A program made the translations under genes and the position numbers. This document shows positions 25,601 to 39,109 of a stretch of 64,000 nucleotides of DNA, piece after piece. The DNA is from Hydrolagus colliei (taxonomy: Eukaryota), in assembly GCA_035084275.1 (NCBI GenBank), contig CM068756.1, forward strand, positions 11,470,001 to 11,534,000. Reading direction: 5' to 3'. The number at the start of each line of letters is the position of its first letter. Position 1 is the first letter of the stretch. Below the pieces are notes generated by a model, which made no database searches, was not told the DNA's origin, and saw only the letters and a list, made by a program, of their open reading frames with translations.

Positions 25601-28600
25601 TTTTTACCTCCCACACAAGCAAACAATCTATTTGGAATAAACACAATACAGGAATTTAGCAAATCTAATGCTCATCCATTGAAAAAGTTTAATAATGTAC
25701 AAATTGTAGTTTATTGAAAATAACACATGATTTGGAATAGCCAGATTTGCTATAAAGCACTGGTTGATTATAATGTATATGTTGTCTAAGTTCTAACAAA
25801 ACATAAATTTGTTCCTACCTGTATGGGTCTACAAACTGTGTCCAGATCTGGGCTCTGTGAGACTGCTTTAGCTGTGTCGTATTCTATCATCCTAAACTCA
25901 GACACTCTAAGCCAACACAGCACCTCCCTTCAAATGTGCTAACCTAGCTCCCTACCAACCCTTCAATGTTCACAGGCAAATGCTAGACTGCATACCAGAT
26001 GGGCGACCCTCAGTAACTAAATAAAAGGGAAAGTGGAAGGGGGAGGAGGGCTGTCTGTCTGTGCATTGCAAAATTATTGAACTGTGCAACAGGAACAAAC
26101 AAAACATGGAACTGGATTGTTATCGCGTTATTCAGCCGATGTGCAGTAGTTTTATTTAAGTTTGAAAGCAATATTTAGCACAAAGGTCGCAATGGCCAGA
26201 GTTTGGCAGAGGTAGAAATACAATGTTAATCAATAATAAAAACAAGTGTTGGTTAAGAAGATAACATTTTCCTTCTGGCAGGTGTATATCATTGTTAACT
26301 ACAGATAATAGATTATATAGTTCAGCAGATTTTGACAGGAACTGGGGTTTCGCAACATCTGAAGAATAATAAACAGCATCAGCAAAGCATTTTAGTTGGA
26401 GCTTTGTGGAATCTGTACACCTTGATGAAACACTTTTTAACTGTAGAAAAAGCACCATTACTGTTCAACAAATAAAATGTCATCCTAAATGTCAAACTTA
26501 TGTCAGAATATTATGTGTTATGATTAAGCTGGATTCTCTTGTCCTTAGTATCATCTGAGCTATGTGTCTACGCCAGTGATGTACGACAGCTTAATTTAGA
26601 GAGAAGACAGATACAAGTACTGAAAAAATAACAACAGATGTGATTGACTTGTGCATTTTGGTTATCAAATATCACCTACTATTCCCAGGGCTTACAATTA
26701 TGAAACTGTAGCTGCATTGATTAATCAATAGTCTAGGTCTAACATTAATAGACAGTTGGACAGAGTAATAATAAATGTAGCATGGGGGTGATTTAGGGTA
26801 ATGTGATCCTTGGCCTCATATACATGCACACATGCGCCAGTTACTTGTCTTTAGTTAATATGAACTTAGCAGTCAAATGAATTTTTTAAGCTTTTAGGAA
26901 ACATTTACATTGATAGTTAAAAGTTCTGTAAAGTTGCTGTAAAATCAGTTTTCATTTTCATGCATATACAGTATATAAATATATTTTGATTGCAGCTTGG
27001 ATTTTAGAAGCCTGCAGACGATGGAAGGAAAGAATGAGGGAAAGAATGAGACATTGTACTGGTCTTGATTTCAATGTAGTAGAGGAAGGTGATGTGGGGT
27101 AGCATATATGGAGCTTTGGAAGAAGAAAGTTCAAAAGAACAATGACTAGAACAGTATCAATATATTCAAAATGATTTTTTTAAAAATTGCAACAGAGGGA
27201 GAAAAGGATTATAGATCAAAGATGACAGAAGGATGACCTATAAAACAGTAACTTTTGAATCTTGCCCGATTCATGTTATTTACTTTGAACATATTGATTT
27301 CCTTACTCCCTACAGGTCAACACCATATTTATAATATATTGTATATTCTGGCCACAAAATATACAGTCAATTCACTTTAAAGTGTATTTTGTGAAGCGAT
27401 TTGAGACATTTCAAAAATGTGATAAGGCGCATATCAAATGCAAGGATTATTAGAATATGGCAGAATAACCTTGAGAGGTCTGGAGACAGGTAACAATTCA
27501 GCTGAGTGTTTGAATTCTAACCAAAGTCCTTAAGTCCTCAATCAGATAATTATATGAGATGAGTTGAAACACTTCAGTTGATCCCAGGCAAGGAAATTTC
27601 AATTAAATAATGATTCTTGCACTGTGTTTTTTTTAATTAAATAATTTTTTTTGTATTTTTTTCAATTAAATCATGATTTTCTTCTCTGTTTTATCAATTA
27701 ATTGTGATTTTTGAATGTAAGTGTGCTTTTTTTTTTGGTGGGGGAAGTTTTTAAAAACAAAAGGATTAGTCCACTCACACACAACGGGCAAATGATTTTT
27801 CCATCAAGGTTTGAGTAGTTTAGTCAATGCTGCTGGATTGTTTTTAGTATAGAAAAGTTCTCACAAAACAGAAAAAATAACAAGTCCAAATTCTTGACTA
27901 AAAGAACAAAAGTAATTTCCTATTGTTCTATTCAAAGTGGCTGCTTGCCACATTTCAGCGAGATATCTTAGCAACAGATCACATGCTGAAATTAATTATT
28001 CTGTACCCTCTTACTGCAAAACAAAGCACAGCAGGTTTTTTAAAATCAGAACTATATTAAAGAGTATTCAGAGGCTTCTCCCAAAATTGCAGTCAAACAC
28101 TTTACAATATATCTTGTGAAGCATATGATAAGGCGATAAATCAAATGCAAGGATTATTATTATAAATATAGTGAATACATTTTGAAAATTGATGTTCAGT
28201 TGTGATATATGAATATAAACATTTTCAGTTGAAATACAGTACATACAAAGAAACTTGTGTTGGTGTGAACTTTTGTAACTTGAGATCAACGTTTAAAGCA
28301 GTTTAAAAGATGCTTCTGTTGTTTGGACAACAGTTGTGATGTTTACAAATCACACTTTGTTCAATTTACTAAAGCAAACTGAGTTTACAAAGAGTTATAT
28401 TAGACAGAGAGGAAAGCCAGAGTCATAACTCCATCCTTCTCACTCCCTCCCCTTCAGTTTGGGTTTTTATTTATAAGAATAAATCAGGAACAGCTTCTAT
28501 TTTGTTGTCCTACAAATGATGCATTTAAAAAACAATTAACATACAATTAATAACTTATCAATCAACCCCTATTGTAGACACATCATTGAATTGTTCCCAA

Positions 28601-30668
28601 GGTTTTAAAAAGCTTAACCACAAAAAAGGCACTTCATGGAAATTCATGTTTTGTCCCATGTGTAGGATAGAAACTGAACCAAAATGTAAAAAAAAGGAGA
28701 TAGACTGTAATCATGGGTAAAATTTATTAAATCTGCTCTGCTAAAAACAAAGGGTTTGAGGTGTTGCTATACCCCCAAGGCCAATTCTGTAATACAAGTC
28801 TTAAAGGATTATACCAATCTCAGCTACAAATTTGCAAGCAATATAAAAAGCAATAAAATGGATTTTAAAATGGGGATCATGCTCACTTGCCTGTTTTTCC
28901 GAAATTACAAATTAATCTACTGCCACTGTATATTAGCAAAATGCATTTATTGACTTATAACAATCTCCACATTTGATCTTGTATTTTATCATGTAGTGCA
29001 AACATCGAAAAGCACTTCACAGTACAAAATGATTTTACATCAGGGATGCATTGGATGCAATACAATATTAATTTTAAAAATTGGGCCTGAATGAATGTTA
29101 AAAGGACTTATCTGGATAAATATTGTAACTGTGATCCTTGATGAGCTTACTGCGTGTTTGCATCATTGGTCTAGTTTATGTACGAAAATAAACTATTGAT
29201 AAGACTGAATGAACGTTTATCTTGGATACAGATGATGTGGTTTGTGGCAAAATTATAGGCATAAATATAGCAATTATTTCTGTGAGATTTGAATTATGGG
29301 GATACATAATTCAACATAACAAATATCCATAAGGAATTTAAAGTCAATGAAAATCATTATTTTCATCGAAAATAGCTCTTTAGCCCTTGACTGTTGACAT
29401 ATACCAGGGACATGCTTAAAAAATTAACTTGATAAGATTACTCATACTAACATCATGAGTAGAGACACTTTTCGTTCTAGTTTGGACCAGACATTCAAGA
29501 GTATTCTCAACACAACACACACAATATTTTTGTAAAACTGGCAGATTTGAATATCTCAAAGGAAGTGAAGGGAAAATTTGAGAGCAAGCCCACCCACCCC
29601 TACCTCAAATCACTTTCACATGCCTCCTAGTGATCCTCAAGAGAGCTACTGGCAAAAGACTGGGAGCAAGTGACCTGCTTGCCCTCTCGAGCGGGGACTG
29701 GCATGTGAACCAGGGAGATGCAAATAGGGGAAGAAAATAAAGCCAAAATGAGCCAAAAATGTGTCTGGTATCACATAGAATGATTATAGACCAACTCTAA
29801 CCATTGTTCCACCTACAGCAAAACCACATTACGGTTTCTTCTAAACCGTGGGGAAAACCATTAATGTCATCAGCCTCATAACGCTTAATTTGCAAATGAA
29901 TTAACTAGACAGGATTTTTTTTTTGCATTATCAGTGTCTAACTGCTTATCTAACAACCATAAGGCATATCTGGACAATTCAATAATCAATCACCGGTACG
30001 TTTCTAAGAAGCAGATTTAAAAGTGGAACCTTACACAAATAATTATTTCTAGAATGCTAAAATAATACGTCAAATGCAGGTAATTGGAATGAAATAACAG
30101 CGAAGAAGGTAAAAAGTAGTGAGCTGGGAGAACCAATGTATTACATCATGGTAATAAATGGGCTACAGTTTTGAGGTCAAATTCCCCACAAAGTGAGTTT
30201 TAACCTCATTTCTGGTTTCCGGGGAAGGCACTGAGCAGTGGCAAGGCATTTCTAAAGTGGGAGAGAGGAAAATGGTCAGGCATGACACCCTGGGTGGCTC
30301 TTGTGTATGTCCCAATGACAGGTCACACAGAAGGTTAGGCAGAGGTCTGGGAGCAGAATGCCTGCCTGCCCTCTCATCAGGAGCGCAATGTGTGACAATG
30401 AGAAAACAAAGAAAGGCGGGAAAAAGAGACTAATAAAAGTGGAGGTCAGGACAACAACATTATAGTATTAATAGGTAAATACATCATACACCTGTACAGC
30501 ATTTCAAGTAGAACTTTGATTTCCATAATCAAACTTAAATTCAAAACTCAGTTTGCTGTTTCATCCTAATTTTGTTGGTTCTTATTCAAAAAAATGCTAT
30601 TTTTTTTAACCCGGTAAAAGACAGAAACTGAATCAGAAGAACACTCAAATGCTTTAGTGACCACTTAC

Positions 30669-30860
30669 CTTATCAAAAAACGCATATAGCCTCACAGTCT
30701 TGTCGATCTTCTGCCTGCATTCTTCTACCTTTCTTGCAAATTCCCCAAACTGTCTTTTGTACCTCTGCAGTTTCACTTCAAACACATGTAGTTCTGGTGA
30801 CTGAAAGTCACACCACTCTTCCAGTTTCTTCAAAAGCTCTCTACCTTTCCCACAGTGCTC
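30669..30860 (-). CDS. PLEKHG4: PLEKHG4 spectrin-like exon (EHCGKGRELLKKLEEW...VRLYAFFDK)
   Basis: 192 nt, phase 0-0; ttttag| ... |gtaagt; open frame. Confidence 0.9.
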
Positions 30861-33391
30861 CTAAAATGAAAAACAATTTATATCAAAAGGGTGATAAAGC
30901 TAAATAATAATAAGAGGTATGCTGTATGTTTCAACTATTTTGGGGGTCAGCTGAGTATCTCACACAAGCAGAAACCCAGTACCACACTTCAGAGAATCAA
31001 AATCAAATAGAGAATTCCACACAGCCCATCTATTCGTAGAAATTCTAGAGCCCTTTACTTAAATGGATTGTACAATGTCTCCCGGTAAGGTTGCATTCTG
31101 CTTGTCTAATTCCAGGAAGGAATTTGAGAACAACAAAATTATATTTGTAGAGCGCCTTTCACGTCGGAAGGACGTCCGAAGGCGCTGGAGAAGAAGGCAC
31201 AGGTTGGCAAGAGCCAAGATTTGGGGATCCCAGTGTGTTGGGGTAACTGCTGGAGATTAACCAGCTAAACCGCATATCTTGCCTTGAGAGCACCACCTGG
31301 CTAACTTTCCTGCTGCTTGTCCAGGCTATGACCACCCTATCCATCAGGTCTTTGGCTTTCAGGGTTGATAGGAGCTGAGTGAGACGAGTCTCTGCCCCCC
31401 AGTGACTGGTCTTTCCTTCATGTCATCCCAGTAAGCCAGCCTGACTGTACTGTCATCAGTACGGTAGTACCGCGGAACTGCCTACCTCAGGAACTGGACT
31501 ACTGAGACTGCCACAGAGACTGGCTTGATTCTGACATTCCGTCGCCAAACATGTCACCGTGAAGCTAGTTCAGCTGCAAGTAGACCCAGCTTACCTCCCC
31601 CTCCCAAGGAAAATACATACTAGCTGGTCATTTAACATCCTACAAGCGTGAGTTTGAGCCCTCGCTAGGTGAATGGCACATCCAGGAGCTCCCTGCAAAC
31701 TTCTTGATGGGTAAAATGGCTCAACATGAAATGCATGAGATTATTGCCACCATCTTCCTATCTAGAGTTCAGACACACATCCCTTCTCATGCTTTTTAGA
31801 GCTAGAAGCTTTAATTAATGGTGTAGTTGCAATGTTTTCTTTGATATTATTCAGCAAGCAGCAGAATCCACTTTCCTAACCACTGAATAAATTACAAGTT
31901 TCTCTAAAATTATAGGTTACTGCACTGCCATTCTATGTACACATTGCTTAGGAAGTTCTAGACATGAAATAAAGAAACTTTTAGGGCTTTTTTAAGAAAA
32001 AGTAGTGATATAAATCTTTTAAATGAGAAAATTACAGCTGTATATAAGTTAGCACTTTCCAGCAATATTTATTGCAGAATGTAGAGCTCTTTGATCAGCG
32101 TCAGTGATATATACATTGATATAGCACCTTTCATGTCAGGAGGTCACCCCAAAGCGCTTCCCACGATTTAATGTTAAGTGTCACGACCGTGTGATTTGTG
32201 GGAGACCTTGGCAGCCAATTTGCACACAGCAATGCTTCATAAATAGCTAGGAGGTGATTGTTGGCCAGGACACCAGGGGAAAGAAACTACCTTCTCTTTT
32301 CGAATAGCGCCATGGGATTTTTAACGAACAGACTGACAGGGCCTTGGTTTAGCTTTGAGAGACTGTGGAATAGGAATTTCCATTACTGAGAAGAGAAATT
32401 GGTCACCATTAATTTTAATGTACTCTTTCTCTCTCAACAGGAATAACAGAACTAGTTACAAGAGTGGATAGCATGCAGACAGAACATTTTACTACTGCAA
32501 CAACTCCTCCAGATGGCTTGTAAAAAACCCTTCCATCTCATATGCAAATATCATACTTTTCTTTCAATCAGACCATTATTTTTTAAAATAAAATCATTCA
32601 CAGTAATTGCAGTTAATTTATAGTTATTTGAATGAATTAGAATCAATGTGATGTTCAGGCTGGCCTGTCAAGATATTCTGCTGTAAATTACTGCTCCAGC
32701 TGTTAAACCTGATAGACAGCACTAAAGTCAAGCACATCTCTTGAGATGCAAAACAAGGACTGACAACAGCATTGGCGATGCCCACTTTGTTATCCTGTGA
32801 AGGCAGATGGAAGACCCGGGGAAACAGGAAAGGGAAATAAGAAACAACATTGTGCCAGTCTGTGCAGTACCAAACATAAACTTGATAGGTCTGCTGTTAA
32901 ATCTATTCCCTAGATCCCCAGTGTCTTAACTAAAATTTGCTTGAGTTGGTATAAACATTTAATCCCATTTGCCTGCATTGCAAAAAAAATTTACATCTGA
33001 GGTGCTTAAATATCCAGCACAGGTCAGATATCTGGTATATGATGGCGCCAGCTGCTAGACAGAACTCTACCTACATTATTCTGACAATGAGTTTATTATG
33101 TGCCGATAAATAAAACTTGAGTTCCTTTTACAAGCAACTTTTACACACTGTATAGGAATTGTACTAATGTGGTGCAGTAAACAACTGCGACAAGAGGTGG
33201 TTTTGCAACAGTTCCTGTGAGTCTCAGTGCTTTGGAATCCCCTTGTTTACATTGATAACAACCAGAACAACAGAAAAACAACCACAAATGTGCAACTATT
33301 TTTAAGTCGTAGCTTGTGACGGTCATACTTTTCCAATGGCCGAGGAAGGGAACATGCAAGGCAACAAATGAGAAACCACACTGTTGATGTT

Positions 33392-33980
33392 AACAACAAC
33401 AAATTGTATTTAAATAGCACCTTTCATGTTGGGAGGATGACTCAAGGTGCTGGACAATCAAGGATTTGCACCTGAGCTGAGGGTTGGGATCAAGAGGGGT
33501 GGAAAGGAAGACAAGGGAGGATGAAGGAGCAAGGTCTTGAGATGAGCCTTGAAGGGGGCAGGAGAGGGTATGAGGTGAAGGAAGGAGTTCAAGAAACAGG
33601 GGCAGAAAAGCTGAAGGACGATGGTAGGGCAGGCAGGGTAGGGAACTTGGGTAAGGCCAGTGCCTGCTGAACGGTTTTATACCAGCTCATCGAGGTGGAG
33701 AGTGCAACCATAAATAGTGATGCTGTCAGCACCTGAGGTGAAGCTAAACAGGAGACACTCTGTCTTATTTACATTCAACAGGAGAATGTTGGCTCTCATC
33801 CAGGACTCAATGTCTGATAGATAATCCATTAGGACAGCAGTGGTCATGGAGTTGAGGGTGGAGGGAGAGAGCTCCAATTGGATGTTATCCATGTACATGT
33901 ACAACATGCCCATCGATGATATCACTGAGCAGGAGCTTATCAATGTTAAAGAGTAGAGACCCAAGGATAGAGCCCTGAGG
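33392..33980 (-). mobile_element. Older L2 fragments (tail plus RT region with YMDNIQL, similar to YADDTQL)
   Basis: Degenerate RT motif 'LSDIESWMRANILLLNVNKTE'; L2 tail at about 33392-33450. Confidence 0.8.
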
Positions 33981-33982
33981 GA

Positions 33983-34800
33983 CAACAACAACAACAAATT
34001 ACATTTATAGAGCGCTTTTCACGTCGGGAGGACGTCCCAAGGCGCTGCACAGGAGGCGTGTGACCCGAGCTGAGATGGGAGTGTTTGGGAAGGGGTAAAA
34101 CACGAAGGGGAGGTAGAAAAATTCGGGGTAGAACAAAAGGCACAATCGAAGAGGAAAGTCTTCAAACCGGCCTTGAAAGAGGAAAGGGAAGAAACGAGAC
34201 GGAGGGATTGAGGGATGGCATTCCATAGGGTGGGAGCGGAGAAACTGAAGGCCCGGCCTCCGATGGTGGGGCGGTTCGGGCGGGGGGCTTGGAGCAGGCC
34301 AAGTCCTGTTGAACGGAGGGTCCGGGTGGGCTTGTAGGGGGAAAGTAAATTGGTTAAATAGGGCGGGGCAAGTCCGTGTAAGGCCTTGTAGGTGAGGACG
34401 AGGATCTTGAACTCGATCCTCTGGAGGATGGGGAGCCAGTGGAGACGGGCGAGGGTGGGGGTTATGTGGTCGCGGAGGTGGGTGCGGGATAGTACACGGG
34501 CTGCAGAGTTTTGGATGACCTGCAGCCTGTGAATGGAGGAACTGGGGAGGCCGACGAGGAGAGAGTTTCCGTAGTCCAGCCGTGAGGTGATGTATGCGTG
34601 CACGAGTGTTTTGGCAGCGCTGGGGGTAAGATAATTGCGGAGCCTGGCAATATTGCACAGGTGGAAATAAACGGTGCTGGTCAAGGCGCGGATGTGGGGG
34701 AGGAAGGAAAGTTTTTGATCGAACATGATGTCGAGGTTCCTGATTGGCTTTGTGAGGTGGAGAGTGCAGCCTTGGATGTTGGATGTCTCAACATCACATG
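33983..34800 (-). mobile_element. Young L2 LINE 3' fragment with an open ORF2 C-terminus
   Basis: ORF 34019..34726 has SRLDYGNSLL, LQVIQNSAAR, LHWLP and RAFSFSAPTLWN; (CAA)n tail at 33983. Confidence 0.93.
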
Positions 34801-35230
34801 AGAGTGTTGGAGGAGAAGCAACTAAGGGATAGAGATGGGATCAAGGGAGCAGGCGGTGGACTTAATTGAAAAGCATGAAAGGGGCTCTATAAATATAATT
34901 TTATTATTGTTGTAATTTGAGAATTGGTGGGAGGTGAGAGGAAGAGAGGAAGACGTGGTCAAAAGCAAGGGAATGTAAGCGGAGGAGCTGGTTTGTGGTA
35001 GAAAAGAGGAGCCTGGGGTTATCTTTGGCTTCCAAGATAATCTTGAAGTAGAAAGCTGATTTAGCTGAAGCATGGGAGGAGTAGAAGGCTTTGATATGGT
35101 CCACCCAAATCTGGCATTGGACCTTTTGACTAGATTTGTGCCAGGTGCATACAGCAGCATGTACCTTTGCCTTGAGGGAGAGGATGAGGCTGGTACCAGG
35201 GGGGCTTACGTGAATAGGAGTGCTGTGAGT
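34800..35230 (-). mobile_element. Older L2 ORF2 fragment (post-endonuclease linker)
   Basis: 'AKSAFYFKIILEAKDNPRLLFSTTNQLL' and 'STACSLDPIS' are L2 ORF2 motifs. Confidence 0.75.
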
Positions 35231-35599
35231 TACCCTAATATGTAGGTTTAACAAAAATAAAATAACTTTTAAAGTACTGAACATGTTGCTCATATTCTAC
35301 TGCCTCAGAGCATCCCAAACTATTGTTTGGTGGTTATATTCTCAATTCCGTTTAAAAACCTGTAAACCTAAAGTGCTGTTACAAACAGGGATTTTTACAC
35401 ATTACAACATATGTCCACGATGTTACAAGATGGAGCACAGAATTCCATAAAGATGATGATAATCTCAGGAAATCAAATGTTTCGAAATGACTAGTTCCTG
35501 AAAATAGAATATAGCACAATACAGGTATCAGTGACCTGACAATCCCTTTTTGTTTTAGTGAAAATACCATTCAAAGCAAATCAGTTCATCGAATGAAAC

Positions 35600-35870
35600 A
35601 TTAAACTGAGGTCCAGTCTGCCTGTTCAAGTGGAAGTTAAAGATTCCATGGCGCTATTTGAAAAAAAGGAGTTTCTTCCAGTGCCCACAATCCCCCAAAT
35701 AACATTGGTCATTCACTGTATGGCTGCTTGTGGGGCATTATTGTGTGTAGCTGGCTGCTGTGTTTCACCCACAAAATAAACAGTCAATCAACTTTACTGT
35801 ATATCCTTGAGATGTCTCAATGTGATAAGGTGCAATATCAAATGCAAAGATTATTCTTATTAATAATAAC
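35600..35870 (+). mobile_element. Older Deu-SINE copy
   Basis: Degenerate Deu core and tail. Further fragments lie at 3770-3855, 27350-27452, 28070-28165 and 41935-42100 (+) and at 11535-11690, 32110-32360, 40025-40160, 47380-47740 and 57805-57960 (-). Confidence 0.75.
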
Positions 35871-36408
35871 GCAACATTCAGGACATTTAAATCAATTGAT
35901 TACATATAAATATCAAATTAAATATTTAGTTGGTATAATAACAAATGCAAGCTTCTTAGAAATTGTAAGAAACTTTACAACTGCACTATTATTACTCACA
36001 TTACTAAATTATACAATCTGGGAAACATGAGAATCTGAAATACTAAAACACTTGACATATGGCATTTCTAAATCATTGCCATGGTAGCAATTACAACAAA
36101 GCTTTTAAGAACCAAAGCTTTGAAATTCATATGTTCACATGTCAAACTGGAAGCTTTGTCACTGACCTCCTTTTCAAAGGTCCACTGCCTCCCTACCCCT
36201 TTAGGCTCCAAATATATCCACCCAAAGGAACTGTCTGCTCAGTGTCAGAACCCCAAGAAAACAGGTTTTGCAGTCCACAATGAAAGCTTAACCTACATTA
36301 AACTGCATGAATACACAGACATAAGAATAAAATTAACTAATAATGAAATCGGACACAATCTAAAAATAATCTAACAGAAACTATCCAAAAAATATAACTT
36401 ATACATAC

Positions 36409-36531
36409 ACACGCCGCATTGTAAAAGCCCTTGAATTCTTCTTGTGTATTTTGCAAGGAATCCAGGGAATCCTCCAATTCTCTTCCTCTTTCAAGTTGCT
36501 TTTCTCCAACCTGCTCAATCCATCTGCTCAC
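36409..36531 (-). CDS. PLEKHG4: PLEKHG4 spectrin-like exon (VSRWIEQVGEKQL...FKGFYNAAC)
   Basis: 123 nt, phase 0-0, canonical sites. Confidence 0.9.
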
Positions 36532-36577
36532 CTGAATGGAGTATAATTCACAAAACTGCAGCACCAGCTGTATACAT

Positions 36578-37120
36578 AACAACGACAACAAAATTACACT
36601 TATATAGCGTCAGGAGATTACTGCTTCAGATCTGAACTGAGGACAAGGGCGGGGGAGTTGCCGATCGAAGAGGAGTCTTGAGGCTAGACTTGAAGGAGGG
36701 CAGGGAGGGGCTGAGGCGGAGTGACTGCGGGATGGAGTTCCAGAGGTTGGGGGCAGAGTGGCTGAAGGCTCGCCCGCCAATGGTTGGGCAGGTGGGTGGA
36801 GTCACGTGGAGCAGGCTAGTGCCTATTGAGTGGAGGGGGTGGCAGGTTGGTAAGGGGATAGGAGGTTACGAATGTAGGGTGGGGCAAGGCGTGGAGGGCT
36901 TTAAATGTGTGGACCAGGATCTTGAATTGGATTCTCTGGATGATGGGGAGCCAATGCAGTCGGGCAAGGATGGAGGAGATGGGGTCACGGAGTTTGGAAC
37001 GGTAGAGGACACGGGCCGCAGAGTTCTGGATTATCTGCAGCCTGTGGAAGGAGGAATTGGGAAGGTCGACCAGCAGGGTGTTTGCATAATCGAGCCGGGA
37101 TGTAATGAAGGCATAACACA
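36578..37120 (-). mobile_element. L2 LINE 3' fragment
   Basis: AFITSRLDYANTLL...QNSAARVL...LHWLP; CAA tail at about 36580. Confidence 0.88.
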
Positions 37121-38113
37121 CCTATGCAAATAAACTAATTTGTCAGCTCATTAGTCGCACTCTAGGTGATCATTTTATTAATGCAAATATAGTAACAAAA
37201 ACATTCAAACCTCATCCTATCTAAATCCTAAATTACTCAAATTTGTATTTTGTGCATAATAGAAACACACTGCTATTTTTAGCAAATGAAAATAGAGAGC
37301 AGCTTAGCAAAAAAACAGTCTTAATTGATATTGAGCCTTTCCCCCCCCAAGTAGTCACAACCCAATAATGTTTGACCGCTGTGGAGAATGGGTAATGTGG
37401 AACAGAAAGATAACATTGCATTTTTTTTCCCCTTCGAGTATAAAACAAGTACATATTTCAGCAAGCCAAACATTTTAAAGAAAGCACTTCTGCCAAAAGA
37501 ATTAGTACTGTGACCATTGTGGATGGTAAATTGAAACTGGAATTGGCTACGAATTTATTATGATTCTATGAATTTTTTGCACCTTCAAGGTTAAATGTGT
37601 TATTGTGGCCTAATTGGTGACTTCACCTGAATAGTCAAACCCAACTCACAATTATAATATAAAGTACTGCTATGTTTGTTTCATGATTCTTTTGGTGTTC
37701 TAGCATCTCCATCCATGATAGCATTGCTTGTAAGGTTGCACATGTCTATACATCTTCAAGTCACCATCAATGATACCAGACAATATGTCATGTACATTAT
37801 GGTGACTAATCACAACCCAATCTGGATCTTACCAGAGCAGCTCTTGCAGTTAGGGTATAGGTTTCATGAATCCAAATGCTGTATGAAAACACTATCTATT
37901 AAACTAAATGCAATACTAATAACCCACTGTTTATATTGAATCCAGCTATCCCAGTTTAAAAGAATTGTGGAAACTAGCATCCTATGAGGGTTTGGGGAAG
38001 AACAGATTGGTAATACTGTATTCAGAAAATATATTAGTATTTGTGTGTGCTTATCGCATTACTGCAGATCACGTGGTGCTGAGTTGAGGATATTTTCCAC
38101 TATTTTTTTTTAC

Positions 38114-38252
38114 CTCCTCAAACTCTCCTTCATACGTTTTGAACTGTTTCAGAAACTCAAGTTCCTGAATACACTTATTCGAAAGCATCACCAGACGGTG
38201 AATTCCCTCATCCACTTGGTTATACAAGGCTGTCACAGTCTTCATTGAATCT
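38114..38252 (-). CDS. PLEKHG4: PLEKHG4 exon (DSMKTVTALYNQVDEGIHRLVMLSNK...EFEE)
   Basis: 139 nt, phase 2-0. Confidence 0.92.
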
Positions 38253-39109
38253 CTGCAAGAAAACAAGAAAAAACATCAATGTTAAAATCAACAGAAATGT
38301 TTCATTAAGCTAAATAAAAGCATATATTTAAATAAAAGAGTAACCATCATCAATAAAGCATGTTTTGGTATTTCAGGAAGTTCATTTATATTACGGTATC
38401 ATTCTATTTGTTTTCAAAGCGATCATTCAATCTTGGATTTACATTAAAGTAATTTATCATCTCTAATATATCTGGAGTGAGTAGCAAGATTTATATCTTA
38501 TGCTAAAATTACATGGCCAGGGGTAACCGAGGGAGCTCTGTGCACACACACAAACCATGTGCAGAAATCAGATAAGTAGTGTCCTGATTGATATTTTTTA
38601 ATTTTTTAGTAACATGCCGTGTGAATGTTTTAATTTAGTTTTAAGATTAAATCTTCTGTTAAATCCAGCTGCAGTACAAACCTGATACAAACAGCAGTCA
38701 ATGTCTGTACCATTACGCAAAACTAGTGCCCAAGTTAATTGCTTATTTAAACACAAAGTCATGGATTTTTTTTTTAAAAACTGCATTTAAATCATAATTT
38801 GCAAATTAGAATAATAAATACTGAAAAGCAAAGGACAAAGGACAATGAATGAATACAAGTTAATAACTACTGCATGTTCTCAAAAGTAAAAAAACGTGCT
38901 GAAGATTCACTGCTAGAGGGCAGCAGAGATAATAAATGATACTTTCAATCTACCTAGTTTATTGAATGTTATGTGTTAAATTATACATGGCCTTTGGCAG
39001 CTCTAGTTAATTTCACTGTTCAGAAACTTCCTAATCAAATAAAGTGAAATGAATTGTCAGATCCTTCACTTGACCTGAAGCAGTTTTTCTTGTAAAATTA
39101 AAAACCAGG

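Noticed and set aside
31190-31695. Possible retrocopy of telomerase RNA or 7SK
   Set aside because: No CTAACCCTAA template, and no 7SK similarity beyond GGATGTG. The CTGATGA within it lacks a stem II-GAAA, so it is not a hammerhead.
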